Positions 34,452 through 49,474 of a stretch of 64,000 nt of DNA are shown in pieces (the first letter of the stretch is position 1; each line of letters begins with the position of its first letter). A program made the position numbers and the translations under genes. Source of the DNA: the human T2T-CHM13v2.0 reference genome, Homo sapiens. The stretch is taken from the NCBI RefSeq assembly GCF_009914755.1, contig NC_060936.1. One strand, given 5' to 3'. The notes beneath the pieces are model-generated. The model saw nothing but the letters and a program-made list of their open reading frames with translations, was not told the DNA's origin and searched no databases.

Positions 34452-36238
34452 TAATGATTTCTATCTCTCTGTTGAACTTCTAGTTTTGTTAATATATTGT
34501 TTCTGATATCACTGAGTTGTCAATCTATGTTATCTTTAGCTTACTGAGCCTCTTTAAAACACTTTAACTTTGAATTCTTTGTCGGGCAATTCATAGATCT
34601 CCATTTCTTTGGGTTTGGTTACTGGAAATCTATTGCGTTTTTTGGTGATGTCATATTTTCTTAATTTTTTATGTTCCTTATAGGCTTGCAGTGGTGTCAA
34701 TGCGTTTGAAACAGCAGTCACCTCTTACTGCCTGCAAGGGTAGTGGCTGGGTGAGGTGCATGGTGCACTGGGTCAGCATGGGACTGGAGACTTGTGGGGC
34801 ACATATGGGCACTAGTTCTAAAGGGTGTGTCATGGCATTGGGTCTGATAGGTGAGTGCACACATGCAATGCTGGGCTTGGGGTAAATAAGCAGCATTCAT
34901 CCTGGTTCCAGAGGGTGTGGCTGAGGCTCTAGCTTTGGAGGGGGTGCAGCAGTGTGAGTTCTGGGCAGCTCCATCGGCTGGTGTCAGCATTCTTGAAGAC
35001 TGTGGGGGTCCTTGGCAGTTAAGGCTGTGGGTATTTGTGGCAGTGGGGATGGCTGCTAGAGTCCTGAGTGGCACAGGTTGCATGGGTTTTCCTGCTCTCC
35101 TTTTCACCTTGTGAGGAAGTCACAGCTGATGGTATTCCTCTTGTCTTTGAGCTTTGCCAGCCTGGGGAATGGGGTTACACAGGTAAAATGCTTTCTACAC
35201 TTTTCTGCATGACCATCCTCAGTTTTTCTGTTTCACTGAGTTGCAGCAGCTTTTTAATTGCACTCCAGAACTCTCCCAGAGCTATTTTCATCTGTGGATA
35301 ATTGCTAAATTGTTGTTTTTGTGGATATATAAGGACTGGTACATCCTAGTCTGCTCTCTTGCTGTGTTAGTCCTCTTGCTCAATCTTATTAGAAGTTTAT
35401 CAGTCTTAATCTTGTCAAAGAACCAAATTTTGGCTTTGTTAATTTTTCTAGTCTTTGTTTCATGATTTTATTAATTTTCCATTTTAAAATTCTGTCTTTT
35501 CTTCTACTTACATTGGTTTTAATTTACTCTTCTTTTTTTAACCCTCATAAATTATAAACTTGGATTATTTATTAATTTTTTTCTTTTCCATTCATTTAAA
35601 ACTACAGTATTTGCTGTAAGACTGTTTTAGCTGTGTTCTATATATTTTTGTATTCTATTTTCATAATCATTTAATTTAAAATATTTTAACGTTTAAAATT
35701 ATTTTTTTCTTTTACCCATGGGTTATTCTTCAAAGTGGGTATTTTAATTTCCGAATATTTAGGAATTATGTCGATTTTTTCTTGTTATTGATTTCACTGT
35801 GGTTATAAAATATATCTGTAAGATTTTAATATTTTGTAATGTATTATATTATGGCTGAGTATGTAATATATCTTTGCGAACATTTTATTTACACCTAAAA
35901 ACGTGTATTCTTTAATTGGTGAATGTCATTTTGTTGGGTTAATTTAATTTGGTCAAGGTGGTTGATGGTGGTGTTGAGGTTTTTTATATTATTACTGAAT
36001 TTTGTTTAATAGTTTTATCAGTTACTGAGAAAAGGTTTTTAAAATATCCAACTATGATTATTGATGTTTATTTTTCTTTAACTCAGCTTTTGCTTCTGTT
36101 CATATGTTTTGAAGCTCAAAATTAGGTGCATACTTATTTATAGTTGTTATATATGCTTGATGCAATCAGTAACTCATGTAATTATGAAATGTACCTCTTT
36201 ATACTCACCTATTTTTGTCTTATATTAGTATGACCACT

Positions 36239-36731
36239 TGTGGAAGGCTGAATAATGTCTCTCCCCACCTCAAATATGTTAACACCCTAATCCCTTCAGC
36301 CTATAATTATGTTACCTTATATGACAGATACTTTGTAGATAGGATTAAGCTAATAATCTTGAGATGGAGAGATCATGCTGGTTTGTTCACGTGGGTTCAA
36401 GGTAATTATGAGAGTCCTTATAAGAGGGAAGCAGTAGAGTCAAAGTCAGAAAACAGAGTTGTAACAATAAAAGCAGAGGTTGGAATTATATACTTCAAAG
36501 GTGGCAGAAGAATCCACAAGCCAAGAAATTTGAAATTTGGCAAAACTGATTTCCTTCTGGAGGCTTTAGAGGAGAACATTTCCTTGACTTTCCCAGAAGG
36601 AAATCAGTTCTGCCAAAACCTTGATTTTGGACTTCTGACCTACAAAACTTTAAGAAAATAAATATATGTTATGTTAAGTCACTAAGTTTGTGTTAGGTTA
36701 TGTGTTACAGCAGTGATAAGAAACTAACACA
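36239..36731 (+). mobile_element. MaLR LTR (MLT1C-like)
   Basis: TGTGGAAGGCTGAATAATG...TAAGAAACTAACACA. Confidence 0.7.
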
Positions 36732-36802
36732 CCACTCCAGGTGCTTACTGTAATGTGTATATTGGTTTGCACATTGTATATATTTGTATACCTTTCTTTT
36801 AA

Positions 36803-37153
<351 letters not shown>

Positions 37154-37604
37154 AGAACAGACAATATCTTTTTGGTTCTTGCTTTTTCTTCTAGTCTTAC
37201 AATTTGTGCCATTTATTTGGTGCAGCAGTCCATTTATGATGAATTCAATTATTGATAAGACTGGCTTTATCATTTTGCTGTTTTTTAAAATGATTTGCCT
37301 TATCTGTTTTACTTTCTGTTTTTTTTAAAGAAATTAAGATGGGAAAAGAAAATAAATATAATTCTTTATATGTACTTATATATTTACCATTTCTGTTGCT
37401 CTTCAATGTTTTCTGTATATCTATGTTTTTATCTAGTGATACTTATTTTCTAAGAACTTCTTTTAGCATTTCTTGTAGTGCTGGACTGCTCATGACAAAT
37501 TTGCTATTTTCTCTGCTCTGAAAATATTTTTACTTCCTCTTCATTTCTATTGGATACTTTTTCTGGATATAGAATTCTGTATTGGCAGTCTTACCATTTT
37601 ACCT

Positions 37605-37908
<304 letters not shown>

Positions 37909-38342
37909 CATTTTACCATTTTAAAGATGACATCTCATTGCTTTTCTCCTTTTTTGTTTCTGATGAGAATTTAGCTATCATTCATGTGTTGTTTCCCATT
38001 ATTAATGTGTTATTTATTTTCCTCTGGCTGTTTTCAGTATTTTCTTTTTATCTTTGGTTTTTATTAGTTTTAGATTATGTTCTTAGGAGTGATTTTCCTT
38101 CTGTTTATCTTGATGCGGATTCAGTGAGTTTCTTATACCTGTAGGTTGTATCCCAAATTTGGGGAATATTTGATCATTACTTTTTCAAATTCCTTTCCGA
38201 TTTCATTATATGTCCCCTTTATTTTGGGGGACTTCAGTTTCACTTTTGTTATACTATTTGGCATTGTTCATAGGTCACTGAGGTTCTGTTCATTTTTTTC
38301 TCCCATTTTTTCCCTCTATTCTTCATATTGGATTATTTTTAG

Positions 38343-38760
<418 letters not shown>

Positions 38761-39487
38761 CTCATTCAGTTATTTTTAAAAATTATGAATGCTGTTCTGT
38801 TCTGGAATAGTCACTTGATTCTTTTTGGTAGTTTCTACTTCTCTGAGATTCTTCAAATTTTTATTCATTATGACTATATTTTCTTCTAAGTCTTTGAACA
38901 TATTTATGCAGATATTAAAGTCCTTGTTTGCTAGTTCCAGCATCTATGTTACATAAGTTTCTTTTCTACTTACTGACTTTTCTTTGATCCATGGCCCATA
39001 TATTCTTATTTCTTTGGATTCTAATAATATTTTATTGTATGCTAGATATTAAATGTGATGCATTATGGCTAATCTGTGTTATGTATCCTCTTTTTTGAAG
39101 AAAAGTTTTATTGGGGAATAATTTCAGATTTACAGAAATGTTTTTAAGATAGCACAGAACATTTCTTTATACCTTTCACCCCATTTCCCCTAATGTTAGC
39201 ATCTTAAAAAATCATGGCACATTTCTCAAATGTAAGAAATGAATATTGCTACATTGTTTGAATTTTACCAGTTTTCCACTAATGCTCTTTTTGCTGTTCC
39301 AAGATCCAATCCAGGATACCACATTACATCTAGTTGTTATATTTATTGTTTTCCTCTGGTCTATGACAGTTTCTCAGTGTTTTTTTTTTTCGTGAACTTG
39401 ATATATTTTAAGAGTATTGGTCAGATATTTAGTAGAGTACCACTCAATTTAGAATTATCTGATTTTTTTTTGCATGTTTACATTGGA

Positions 39488-40318
39488 TGTGTAGGGGAAA
39501 ACTTTCTTCAGCTGTGTTTTTCTTCTGCTTTCACACCAGCACTACCACAATTATCAACACAGAAGAAGACTTGTGTGACCAAATGTGGTAGGGGTGTTCC
39601 CCACATACCAATTAGCAGACACCAACTGGGTATCCTCTAATTCAATTCCGACATTATCTACCTGGAGATAGTGTTAGATCTTACATTTCAGGGATTCAAT
39701 ATGCAAGATCACCCCCTACACCCACAGACACCAGTCACAAGTCTGGGCCTCTGGAACATCTGACCAATAAGCTTCAAGTTGGGATTTCCACAGCTTCCCC
39801 TTTGAGTTCAGTTAATTTGCTGGAGCAGCTCACAGAACTCAGGGAAACCCTTATGTTTATCAGTTTATTATAAAGTATATTACAAAAGATACAGATGAAG
39901 AGAACTGTAGGGCAGGGTATGGGGAAAGGGGTGTGGAGCTTCCATGCCCTTTCTGGGAAGGCTGCTCTCCAGGAATCTCCACAGGTTCAGTCATCTGGAA
40001 GCATTCTGACACAGTTCTCTTGGGTTTTTATGGAAGCTTCAGGACATCAGCATTCTTGCTGCTGACCCCCTCCCCTTGTCACCCCAGTAAAGGGCAGGAC
40101 CCTCTCTGGGGAAGGTTTTAAGACCCACAATCAGAAAGGCAGGGGAAAATTAGAGTCCTGCCTTGAGGCAGATGAAAGGAGGGCAGAAGAAGGCCAGAGG
40201 CCTTCCCCTTGGGGCCTGACACACTCAACATTATAAGAAAGGACTGTAACAGGGACCATAGGAGTTAGGAGCCAGAAACTGTGGATGAAAACCAATATAT
40301 ACATATGTATAATACCAC
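39488..40318. mobile_element. LTR, MER21-like
   Basis: GCAGACACCAACTGGGTATCCTCTAATTCAATTCCGACATTATCTACCTGGAGATAG resembles the recalled MER21 consensus; sits inside an L1M 3' fragment. Confidence 0.6.
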
Positions 40319-40915
40319 CCTGGGGTTATGGATTTTGGGGAACAAACCTTACTGGTTAGGTGCTTTTATCATTGCATCATATTAGGGGGTACATGATATC
40401 AACAAGACTCATCACTGGTGGTTCACGCAGTGAACCCTGTTCATGTGGTTGAGGTGGTATTTGCCAAGATTCTTTAATGAATAGTTACTATTTCCTTTTA
40501 TCCATAATGTACTCTTTGGAAGTGAGTCTCTTATCCCTGACTACCCTCAAAGGGAGGAGAGTTAAATTCCACATCCTGAATGGGGAGTATCTACATATAT
40601 TATTTGGTATTTTCTGTAAGCAAGATTTGTCACTTCTCACCTATTTATTTATTTAAATCAGTATGGATTTATATAGTTTTTCCCCTTGTGTTATAATTCA
40701 ACACTGTCATTTATTTTGTTGTTCATATTGTTCCATTGGGAGCTTTTCCAGGTTGGTTTCTGTGTCCTGATATGCTCCCATCTTTTTTTTTTTAACTTGC
40801 TTATTTTTTAACATTAAAAGACTGGAAGATCCTCCAAGCTTATTTTGTACTTTCCCTGTCCTGGCCCTAGAATTAGCCATTTCTTCAAAGAGCCCCTGAT
40901 TCCTATGTTGCCTTC

Positions 40916-41319
40916 TGATGTGGTTTGGATCTGCATCCCCACCCAAATCTGACATTGAATTGTAATCTCCAGTGTTGGAGATGGGGCCTGGTGGGAGGTG
41001 ATTGGATCACGCGGATGGTTTTTCATGAATGGTTTAGTACCATACCCCTAGAGCTGTTCTCCTGATAGAGTTCCTCACAAGACCTGGTTGTTTAAAAGTG
41101 TGTAACACCTCCCCGCGTCTCTCTTGCTCCTGCTCTGGCCATGTAAGACATTTCCCTTTGCCTTCCACCATGACTAAGTTTCCTGAGGCCTGCCCAGAAG
41201 CAGATGCCACTATGCTTCCTGTACATCTTGCAGAACTGTGAGCCAATTAAACCTCTTTTCTTTATCAATTATTTGGCCTCAGGTATTTCTTTATAGCAGT
41301 GCAAGAATGGACTAATACA
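40916..41319 (+). mobile_element. MaLR LTR (MSTA-like)
   Basis: TGATGTGGTTTGGATCTG...GAATGGACTAATACA; perfect 5-bp TSD CCTTC. Confidence 0.85.
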
Positions 41320-41382
41320 CCTTCCTTTTTTTAAAAAATGATCTTAATTATTTTAAAGCATACAATTCAGTAGTGTTAAGTA

Positions 41383-41778
41383 TTATTATGGACTGAATGT
41401 TTGTCTCCCCCAGATTCACATATTGAAGCCCTAATCCTCAGTGTGACTGTATTTGGAGATGGAGTGTTTAAGGAAGTAATTAAGGTTAAATCAGGTTACA
41501 AGGGTGGGGCCCTGATCTGATAGGATTAATGTTCTTGTAAGAAGAGAGACCAGAGCCCTCTCTCTTTCTTCCCTTGTGCACACACTGAGGAAAAGCCACT
41601 TGAGGATATAGTGAGAAGTCTGCAACCCACAGGGGAAGCACTCTCCAAACACCAACTCTGCTGGCATCTTGATCTTAGACTTTCAGTCTGTGGAATGATG
41701 AAAATATAAATAAATTTCTGTTGTTTAAGTCACCTAGTCTATGGTATTTTGTTGTGATAGTCCAAGCAAGTGAATACA
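41383..41778 (+). mobile_element. MaLR LTR (MLT1A-like)
   Basis: TATGGACTGAATGTTTGTCTCCCC...GTGACTGTATTTGGAGATGG...GAATACA, inside an L1M 3' fragment. Confidence 0.7.
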
Positions 41779-42787
41779 AGAATATTCACATTGTTGTGTA
41801 CCGTATCTCCAGAACTTAATCACACTGCAAAACTGAAACCCTGTACCCATTAAGCAACTTCCTTTTCTTTTTCCCTCCAAACTTCTTTCAGTAACCATTC
41901 TTCTTTCTTTGTCTATGGGTTTGACTACTTTAGATTCCTCATATAAGTGGAATCACACAGTATTTGTCATTTTGTGATCAGTTCATTTCACTTAGTATAA
42001 TGTTTTCAAGGTTCATCAGTGTTATAAAGTATGACAGGATTTCCTTTCTAAGACTAATATTCCATTGTATGTGTAGACCACATTTTGTTTGTTTTGCCTT
42101 CATATTAAGGGCGTGAAAATTTGTTCTCAGAGGCAGCTAAACTATTGATGACTCTTTTTGGCAATGTTAAGTTTTGCTCTGTTTTTGGTTGGTGCTACTA
42201 AGCAATGCATCACCTCTGTCCTTTCTGTTCAGCTCTTGGCCCTGCAGGAACTATCTCAGCTTGGACTTGCAGAGTTTTGTCCTATGTCTGCGCAGCCTAG
42301 AACTTGGCCACAGACATACAGTGAATTCCTACAGTCTTAAGGGTGCCTCTCTCTTGTGAATTATCCTGCCCTGCAAATTCCAGCCATTTAAGCAGCTCAA
42401 AACTCCAATATCTGCCTCCTCATTTTAGTAAGACTGCTGTTCTGTTTAGGATTCATTTTTGTGCTCTGTACTAGAAAGTGGTCCTAGATAGAAAGCTAGG
42501 GTGATCATTGCACTCACCTTTGTATTCTCTCAAGGATCACAATGCTGCCTGTGTGTTCCTGAAAATAGCTGCCTTGTGTGTCTTGCCATGTGTTGTATTT
42601 TGATTGGAGAGTAAGTCTAATGCCATTCTGTCATGGCTGGAAGCAGAAATATATTTGTTTTTATTAATATAAAACAAATTAATATAAAGCACTCCCTGTT
42701 TCTCTTCTTTTATCCTTATGCAGTCTATCTTGATGATCTTATCCACTCTTAAGAGTTTCAATACTCTTTCTGTTTCCTTACTTTAAC

Positions 42788-43103
<316 letters not shown>

Positions 43104-43699
43104 TAACTTTTCACCTACTAAAAACAAATTACTAAGATGTTAGAATGTATTTGTTTACTTTGCTCTTCTTTTTAGTTATCTTTGCATGAAGTATAATAAT
43201 AAAAAAAATAAGACAACAAAGAGAAAAAATATAATGGAATTTCTGATACTGTGAAGGGTAAAGACCATCACACAATTTGGACAAGGTTTTGGGGAAGATG
43301 TGGTCATGTCATATTCACAAAATATATCTGGGTAATAGTCTATTTCTCCCGTGATTCCAGGCATATGCACCCAACAGTCCATTTCGTTATTGCTTATCAC
43401 TGCCCAAAAGTTCCAAGAAATGATGAAGTCAGTCTCATTTGGCATACATCTACTTTTTCAGAAGGAAACAAAGCAGAGAAAAAATTCCGAGAGAAATTCA
43501 TAGCTAGTAACCACTCTCACTTTTATTTTAGTTTCCATAACTGAAATTGCTGGACTTGAGAGCAATTTTTCCTTGCTCAACAGAATTAGGTGAGATGGGG
43601 AATCAATTTAATATATATTTAGTGAGCATCTACAGTGTCATGGGGCAAAAAAATAGCAACTTACAATATTAATTTCTATAGGCAGCCCCCAAATTTGAA

Positions 43700-43841
43700 T
43701 CATTTCCTGAAAAATTACTTCTGCTTTTGTGAAGTTTCCTGCTAGCAGTTTAGAGATTGGGCTGTTTCCTCACTGATACATATCCCTTCACACTTCTATA
43801 ATTTAACTCTCTCAACTGCATGTGAAAGATCTTAGCTGAAG
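43700..43841 (+). promoter_or_regulatory. KLRG1: KLRG1 proximal promoter and short 5'UTR
   Basis: TATAAT 43797-43802, 45 nt before the ATG; T-box-like TCACACTT 43788-43795; inverted CCAAT 43756-43760; several TTCC (ETS core) motifs. Confidence 0.6.
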
Positions 43842-43923
43842 ATGACTGACAGTGTTATTTATTCCATGTTAGAGTTGCCTACGGCAACCCAAGCCCAGAA
43901 TGACTACGGACCACAGCAAAAAT
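43842..43923 (+). CDS. KLRG1: KLRG1 coding exon 1: cytoplasmic tail with ITIM VIYSML
   Basis: MTDSVIYSMLELPTATQAQNDYGPQQK + 1 nt (82 nt); donor GTGAGT at 43924. Confidence 0.97.
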
Positions 43924-45604
43924 GTGAGTTAACCAAGGTAGCATGGAAGACGATGCATAGCAACAGTAGGCTATGGATGAATGGGGAGTAGAATAAGTTT
44001 AAAGCAGAGGGTGCAGAAGAATTGAGGATAATTTGAGGAAATACTTTTGGTTCAGTTTAAAGTCCAGAGTTGGAATATGAAAAGTTGGTGTATGGTACAG
44101 GATCTGATCTTAGGTCTCAGGTAAACTCTTTTCTAACTGTTCACTTCTTTGATCGCATCTTAGAAACCCAACTTAGGGCATTGCCGTTATTCCTTCTTGC
44201 TCTTAGCTAAAGCGGGAACTTTGTTGGGAGAATTTTATCTCTTTAGTTATATTCGGAGTAACCTTGGACCAGCTGTTTAAATTCTAGGTATGGCTGTTTT
44301 TCTGACTATGGAATGAGGAGGACACCAATAGTTTTGCTGGTGGATACGAGTAAGATTTTTGTCAGGAAAGAAACTGATTTACATATCTAGTTTTTTTTTT
44401 TTTTTTAACTTCACAGTGTTGCACTAGAATGGTGACAGGGAAGAAAAAGTATCAAGAAACTACAGATAATAGTCTCTGTGACTGAGGATTTGAAGGCAAA
44501 AGAGCCATTTTTACATAGAGCCCTGAGAGAATATTATCTGAGACAGACAGGTAATAGTGTAAATGCCAAAATTAATCCTTGATTTTGTATCGTAGGCAGT
44601 GAACTCCCACAAGGTGTATTCTTTAGGGTAGTTCCCTAAGCTTTCTCTCTTTTTACTACATAGTTTTACTATTATAATTTTTAATGTCTTTTGAGAGTGT
44701 TGCCTTAATTTGCTAAATCATTCTAGTATACTTGGGATATTTAGACCTATTTCTATTACCATAAATTATATAGCATTGGATATCTTTATTTGTGTAACCT
44801 TTTCCTATTTTTGAATTGTATCTATGTTAATTTCTAAGGAATAGAAATATTACGTTAGAAGTAATGCATATCTCAAAGTATATGTTCAAGGTCACACACA
44901 CAACTGGTGATAAATTGGAACCTAGTTGGAACTATTTAGAGGCTTTCAATATATACTTAAAGTAAATTTTAAAAATTTACTTTACTTCTTGAATTGGCTT
45001 GTGGTTACACAAATTCAATTATGGTTTGATACCTTTTTAAAATTTAGCATAACATAAAAATGAACATTTGTGTATTTCATTAAATGTTCTCCTGTGATGC
45101 AAATGTATTTTTAAAAGTTTTTCTAGAAATCTTAATGCTTTTGGATTCATCAGTCCAAATATTTATTATGCAGAATTCTCTATTTATGAAGGCATCTCTC
45201 ATTATGAATTTTTTTCTTTAAGAAGTTCAGAATACTCCATAGATACACACATATATAGAATAATTTATCTAAAATTTAATCAGAAAATTGAAGCCCAAAT
45301 AGGCAAGTTTAATTTCCTAATTAAATGTTATTAAGCAAAGGAATCAAAATTAGAAGTTAAATATCATCTTACTTCACAGAGTTTTGCTCGTTACACGTAA
45401 TTTCTACACTATTGCACTATGAGATACCTTTGATTTTAAAATAAAGATTTGCTGAAAATACTTCCATTTTTCAAATTTAAAATTTAGATTTCGGTTGTAT
45501 GCAACAGCTAACATGAAGTAGTGTCCTATTCTTAAACTTGGCATCAACTTAAACTTACTGCTCTTTTAATAACGACAGTTTACAAAGCACTTCTGAAATG
45601 TAGA

Positions 45605-46140
45605 TTATTTTTATTTAAATTTTATGTATTTCAATTTCGAGTAGATAATATGTTTACATGGTTCAAAATTCAAAAGGTACAAAAGAAAATAGGGTAAAAA
45701 GTCTTTTTCCTATTTTGTCTCCAGTGACTGTTTTTTCCATTCCAGAGGCAAACAATGTTATCAGATTCTTGAGTGTGCTTGCAGAGATATTTGTATATCC
45801 TGTTCTGCAGAATGTTTCTTTGTCTTGACTATATATCTTACAAAATATTCCATATCAGTTAAAAAAAAAAGCCAGTTTTTATTAGAAGCTATATATTCAC
45901 TTTATGGATATATCAAAAATGTATTTGACTGGCCTTTTACTGATAGAATGTAGATTGTATTCAGTCTTCTCCTCCTACAAATATTGCTGCCACGAATAAA
46001 TATGACATTTTGCACCCGCGAGTATCTGTAGGAGAAATTTCTAGGTCAAAGGGTACATGCCTTTGCCGTTTTGGTAGATATTGCCCAATTGTCCTCCAAA
46101 GAGGTACCAATTTGTATTCTCACCACCTAAGTATGAGACA
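45605..46140 (-). mobile_element. Old L1ME-like 3' fragment
   Basis: TTTACATGGTTCAAAATTCAAAAGGTACAAAAG and GGTAGATATTGCCCAATTGTCCTCCAAAGAGG. Confidence 0.55.
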
Positions 46141-46394
46141 GTGTAAGTCACAGTTTCAAAGGAAAAAAGCATTCTTTATCTTGATAAATATAGTAAGTTC
46201 TTTGATACAGGTGTTGGTGGTTACCTTAGACTTTAGAGCAAGTTCCTGACACATCTAGAAAAGGAATCTTTATGGCCTGGATCTCAGTTCCCACTAGGCC
46301 AAATTGCTTTAAGATGCGATATCCTTCCCTGACTTTCTCTTTTCTTTCAACCTGTCATCTGACTCAGGATTGTGCTTTGACTCTGTTGTTGCAG

Positions 46395-46499
46395 CTTCCT
46401 CTTCCAGGCCTTCTTGTTCTTGCCTTGTGGCAATAGCTTTGGGGCTTCTGACTGCAGTTCTTCTGAGTGTGCTGCTATACCAGTGGATCCTGTGCCAGG
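46395..46499 (+). CDS. KLRG1: KLRG1 coding exon 2: type II transmembrane segment
   Basis: Acceptor TTGCAG; SSSSRPSCSCLVAIALGLLTAVLLSVLLYQWILCQ; 105 nt, phase 1-1; donor GTAAGT at 46500. Confidence 0.97.
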
Positions 46500-46669
46500 G
46501 TAAGTGCAAACTTAAACCAAAATTAATCTTTCATTTTATATTATAAAAGCAATATAACATAGCAGAAGCTTTGAAAAATCAAAAAATAATTCAAACAAAA
46601 TAACTCTCCATCTGTATACAGCTATTTCCTGGGTATAGCCTTTGACCACGTGCACTTGTGTAAGCTTGT

Positions 46670-47026
46670 ATTTTCTTTTTTCTTTTTGTTTTTTGAGACA
46701 GGGTCTCCCTCAATCAGCCAGGCTGTAGGTGATAGATTTGTGTGCTGCTATACCAGCGGATCCTGTGCCACTGTACAGTCACAGCTCACTGCAGCCTTGA
46801 CCTCCTTAGGCTCAAGTGATCCACCTCAGCCTCTCGAGTAGCTGGGACCACAGGCACATACCACCATGCCTGGCTAATTTTTGTATTATTATTATTATTA
46901 TTTTTTTTTTGTAAAGACATTTCACCATGTTGCCCAGGCTGATCTCAAACTCCTGGGCTCAAGCCATTTGCCCTTCTTGGCCTCCCAAAGTGCTGGGATT
47001 ATAGGTGTGAGCCACTGCACCTGACC
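46670..47026 (-). mobile_element. AluJ carrying a non-Alu insert at ~46729-46771
   Basis: Antisense AluJ; the insert includes a 31-nt copy of KLRG1 exon 2. Confidence 0.9.
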
Positions 47027-47465
47027 ATATTTTCTTAATAGAACTGCAGTCAAGTCCTCTTAAAATTTCTCCCACCTTTCTTTCTTTTAATGCAAGGCTG
47101 AGAATAGTTCTTATCGTAGTATGCTCATAATTTTGTATATTGCTTTTTAATTTTATGTTGCCAGAAACATTTCCTTACTGCCATATTTATTGGGATGATT
47201 GAATTATAATATTAATGATGTTTAACTTTTCACATAATAGATATATCATAATGTAATGAAACATTCTGAATTTTTTTTTTTTTTTTTGCCATTCAGGTGC
47301 TTTCACATTTTCTAAAACTAATTTTTAAGTTTAGTTCTTCTAGGACCTTAAATCTGGTGATCTAGAGGACTCTCAGTTTGTTGTTTTACAGTCTAGAGTC
47401 CTAGCTTAGGTTTATATTTTTAGGGGATGATAGTGACCGATTACACAGAAGTGATTTATTAGGGT

Positions 47466-47773
<308 letters not shown>

Positions 47774-48252
47774 GATTTATTAGGATTCTAAGAGTTCAGC
47801 TCCAGGGCTTCTACCTCAGAGCCAAGTCCGACCTTTGACAAAAAGGAACTCCTAGGGAAGTTGGGAATTTCTAATCCAGGCTGAGTAATGTCACAGTTGT
47901 ATGGAAAAAGCAAAATCTATAAGGTGCCAATTTAACAGCTTGATCTCCAGAACTTATATTGGTTGTATGCCAGTACTTCCTAGAGAACAATTATCTAATA
48001 TTTATATGAAAAATACTACTTTCCCCACTTTGTAACTCCCAAATCTAGAGTAGATATATACTCTATTCTGCAATTATATATCTACACATGTGCTCATGGA
48101 GTATAATGGCTCATACTTGCTCACTGTAGAATTGTGCTTATGGCGAGTTTATGCACATATGTTTAAGTATTGAAACTGAAGTAGAAAAATCAATAGAATT
48201 TTGGAATCTTGGTTGGAATTACCTTGAAAGCATATTCAGTTCCCTTTCATCT

Positions 48253-48551
48253 TTGATTGTTTGTTTTTGAGACAGTGTCTTGCTCTGTCGCCCAGGCAGG
48301 AGTGCAGTGGTGTGATCTTGGCTCACTGCAACCTCTGCCTCCTGGGTTCAAGTGATTCTCATGCCTCAGCTCCTAAGTAGCTGGGATTACAGGCGGGTGC
48401 CACCATGCCCAGCTGATTTTTTTGTATTTTTAGTAGAGATGAGGTTTCACCATGTTGGCTAGACTGATCTTGAACTCCTGGCCTCATGTGAGCCACCTGC
48501 CTCGGCCTCCCAAAGTGCTGGGATTACAAGAGTGAGCCACCATGCCTGGTC
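48253..48551 (-). mobile_element. Alu (AluS)
   Basis: TSD CAGTTCCCTTTCATCTT. Confidence 0.9.
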
Positions 48552-49304
48552 AGTTCCCTTTCATCTTGACAGAACTATGAACCAACCATTTTAAAGGAAT
48601 GTGGATCTTCCGTATTTAAAAGAGCTCGGTTAGGGCATTCTATCACTTTTCACTTTAGCACCTGTTATGCTTCTCTGCCAGAAAACCCTTTTGAAAAATA
48701 TCAAAGTAAGTTCTTTTTGCTGAGGTATAAGGGTTTTTTTCCAGTTTTCAATGGTGAGGGACAGTTACATCTGTGATAATAAAAAAGCAAAACCTTTCAT
48801 TCTAGTTAAGTTTGCTTTTCCTAATTTCTTTTTGGCATTTTCAGTTGGGCATTCTGAATGATTCTGCCTGATTTAAGCAATATACATTATGCAATTATGC
48901 AATATATACACAGAGCAAAGACAGTACACAGATGCATATCATATGAATTCACAGTTATCTGGTGTGTGTATATTACATGTGCACAGAGATCTCTAGCACA
49001 AGTCAAGTACTTGCTCCAGAGTTTTCAGGCAGATTGTTGTATGCTTTCTTCTTTGTTCCTTCAGTTATAGTCATATTCTTGTGTAGTGGAATATATACTT
49101 AGTAGATGATGGAGTTGGACATTATGAGGACATTATGAGGTATTCAAATTGACACCACACATTGTTACACATTTCTCTAACCCTTAATCTGAAAAGTGGT
49201 GGAGCAGGGAAGACCCAGGGCTGCCATATTCCATTTTATCTCCCATTTCATTTCCAAGACTGAGTGGTCCATAAAGATGTGAACCAGGTCCTCTTCTCTC
49301 CTAG

Positions 49305-49474
49305 GCTCCAACTACTCCACTTGTGCCAGCTGTCCTAGCTGCCCAGACCGCTGGATGAAATATGGTAACCATTGTTATTATTTCTCAGTGGAGGAAAAGG
49401 ACTGGAATTCTAGTCTGGAATTCTGCCTAGCCAGAGACTCACACCTCCTTGTGATAACGGACAATCAGGAAATG
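49305..49474 (+). CDS. KLRG1: KLRG1 coding exon 3: stalk and start of C-type lectin-like domain
   Basis: Acceptor CTCCTAG; GSNYSTCASCPSCPDRWMKYGNHCYYFSVEEKDWNSSLEFCLARDSHLLVITDNQEM; 170 nt; donor GTAAAT at 49475. Confidence 0.97.

Noticed and set aside
43176-43589. 89/97-aa ORFs and an AG...GT pair upstream of KLRG1
   Set aside because: No homology recognised, AT-rich, and splice-like motifs are expected by chance.
46702-46728. Possible 27-nt in-frame Alu-derived exon (acceptor GAGACAG, donor TAG|GTGATA)
   Set aside because: The donor is weak and the exon very short; no support without RNA data.
49117-49139. GGACATTATGA direct duplication
   Set aside because: Ordinary 11-bp slippage duplication.
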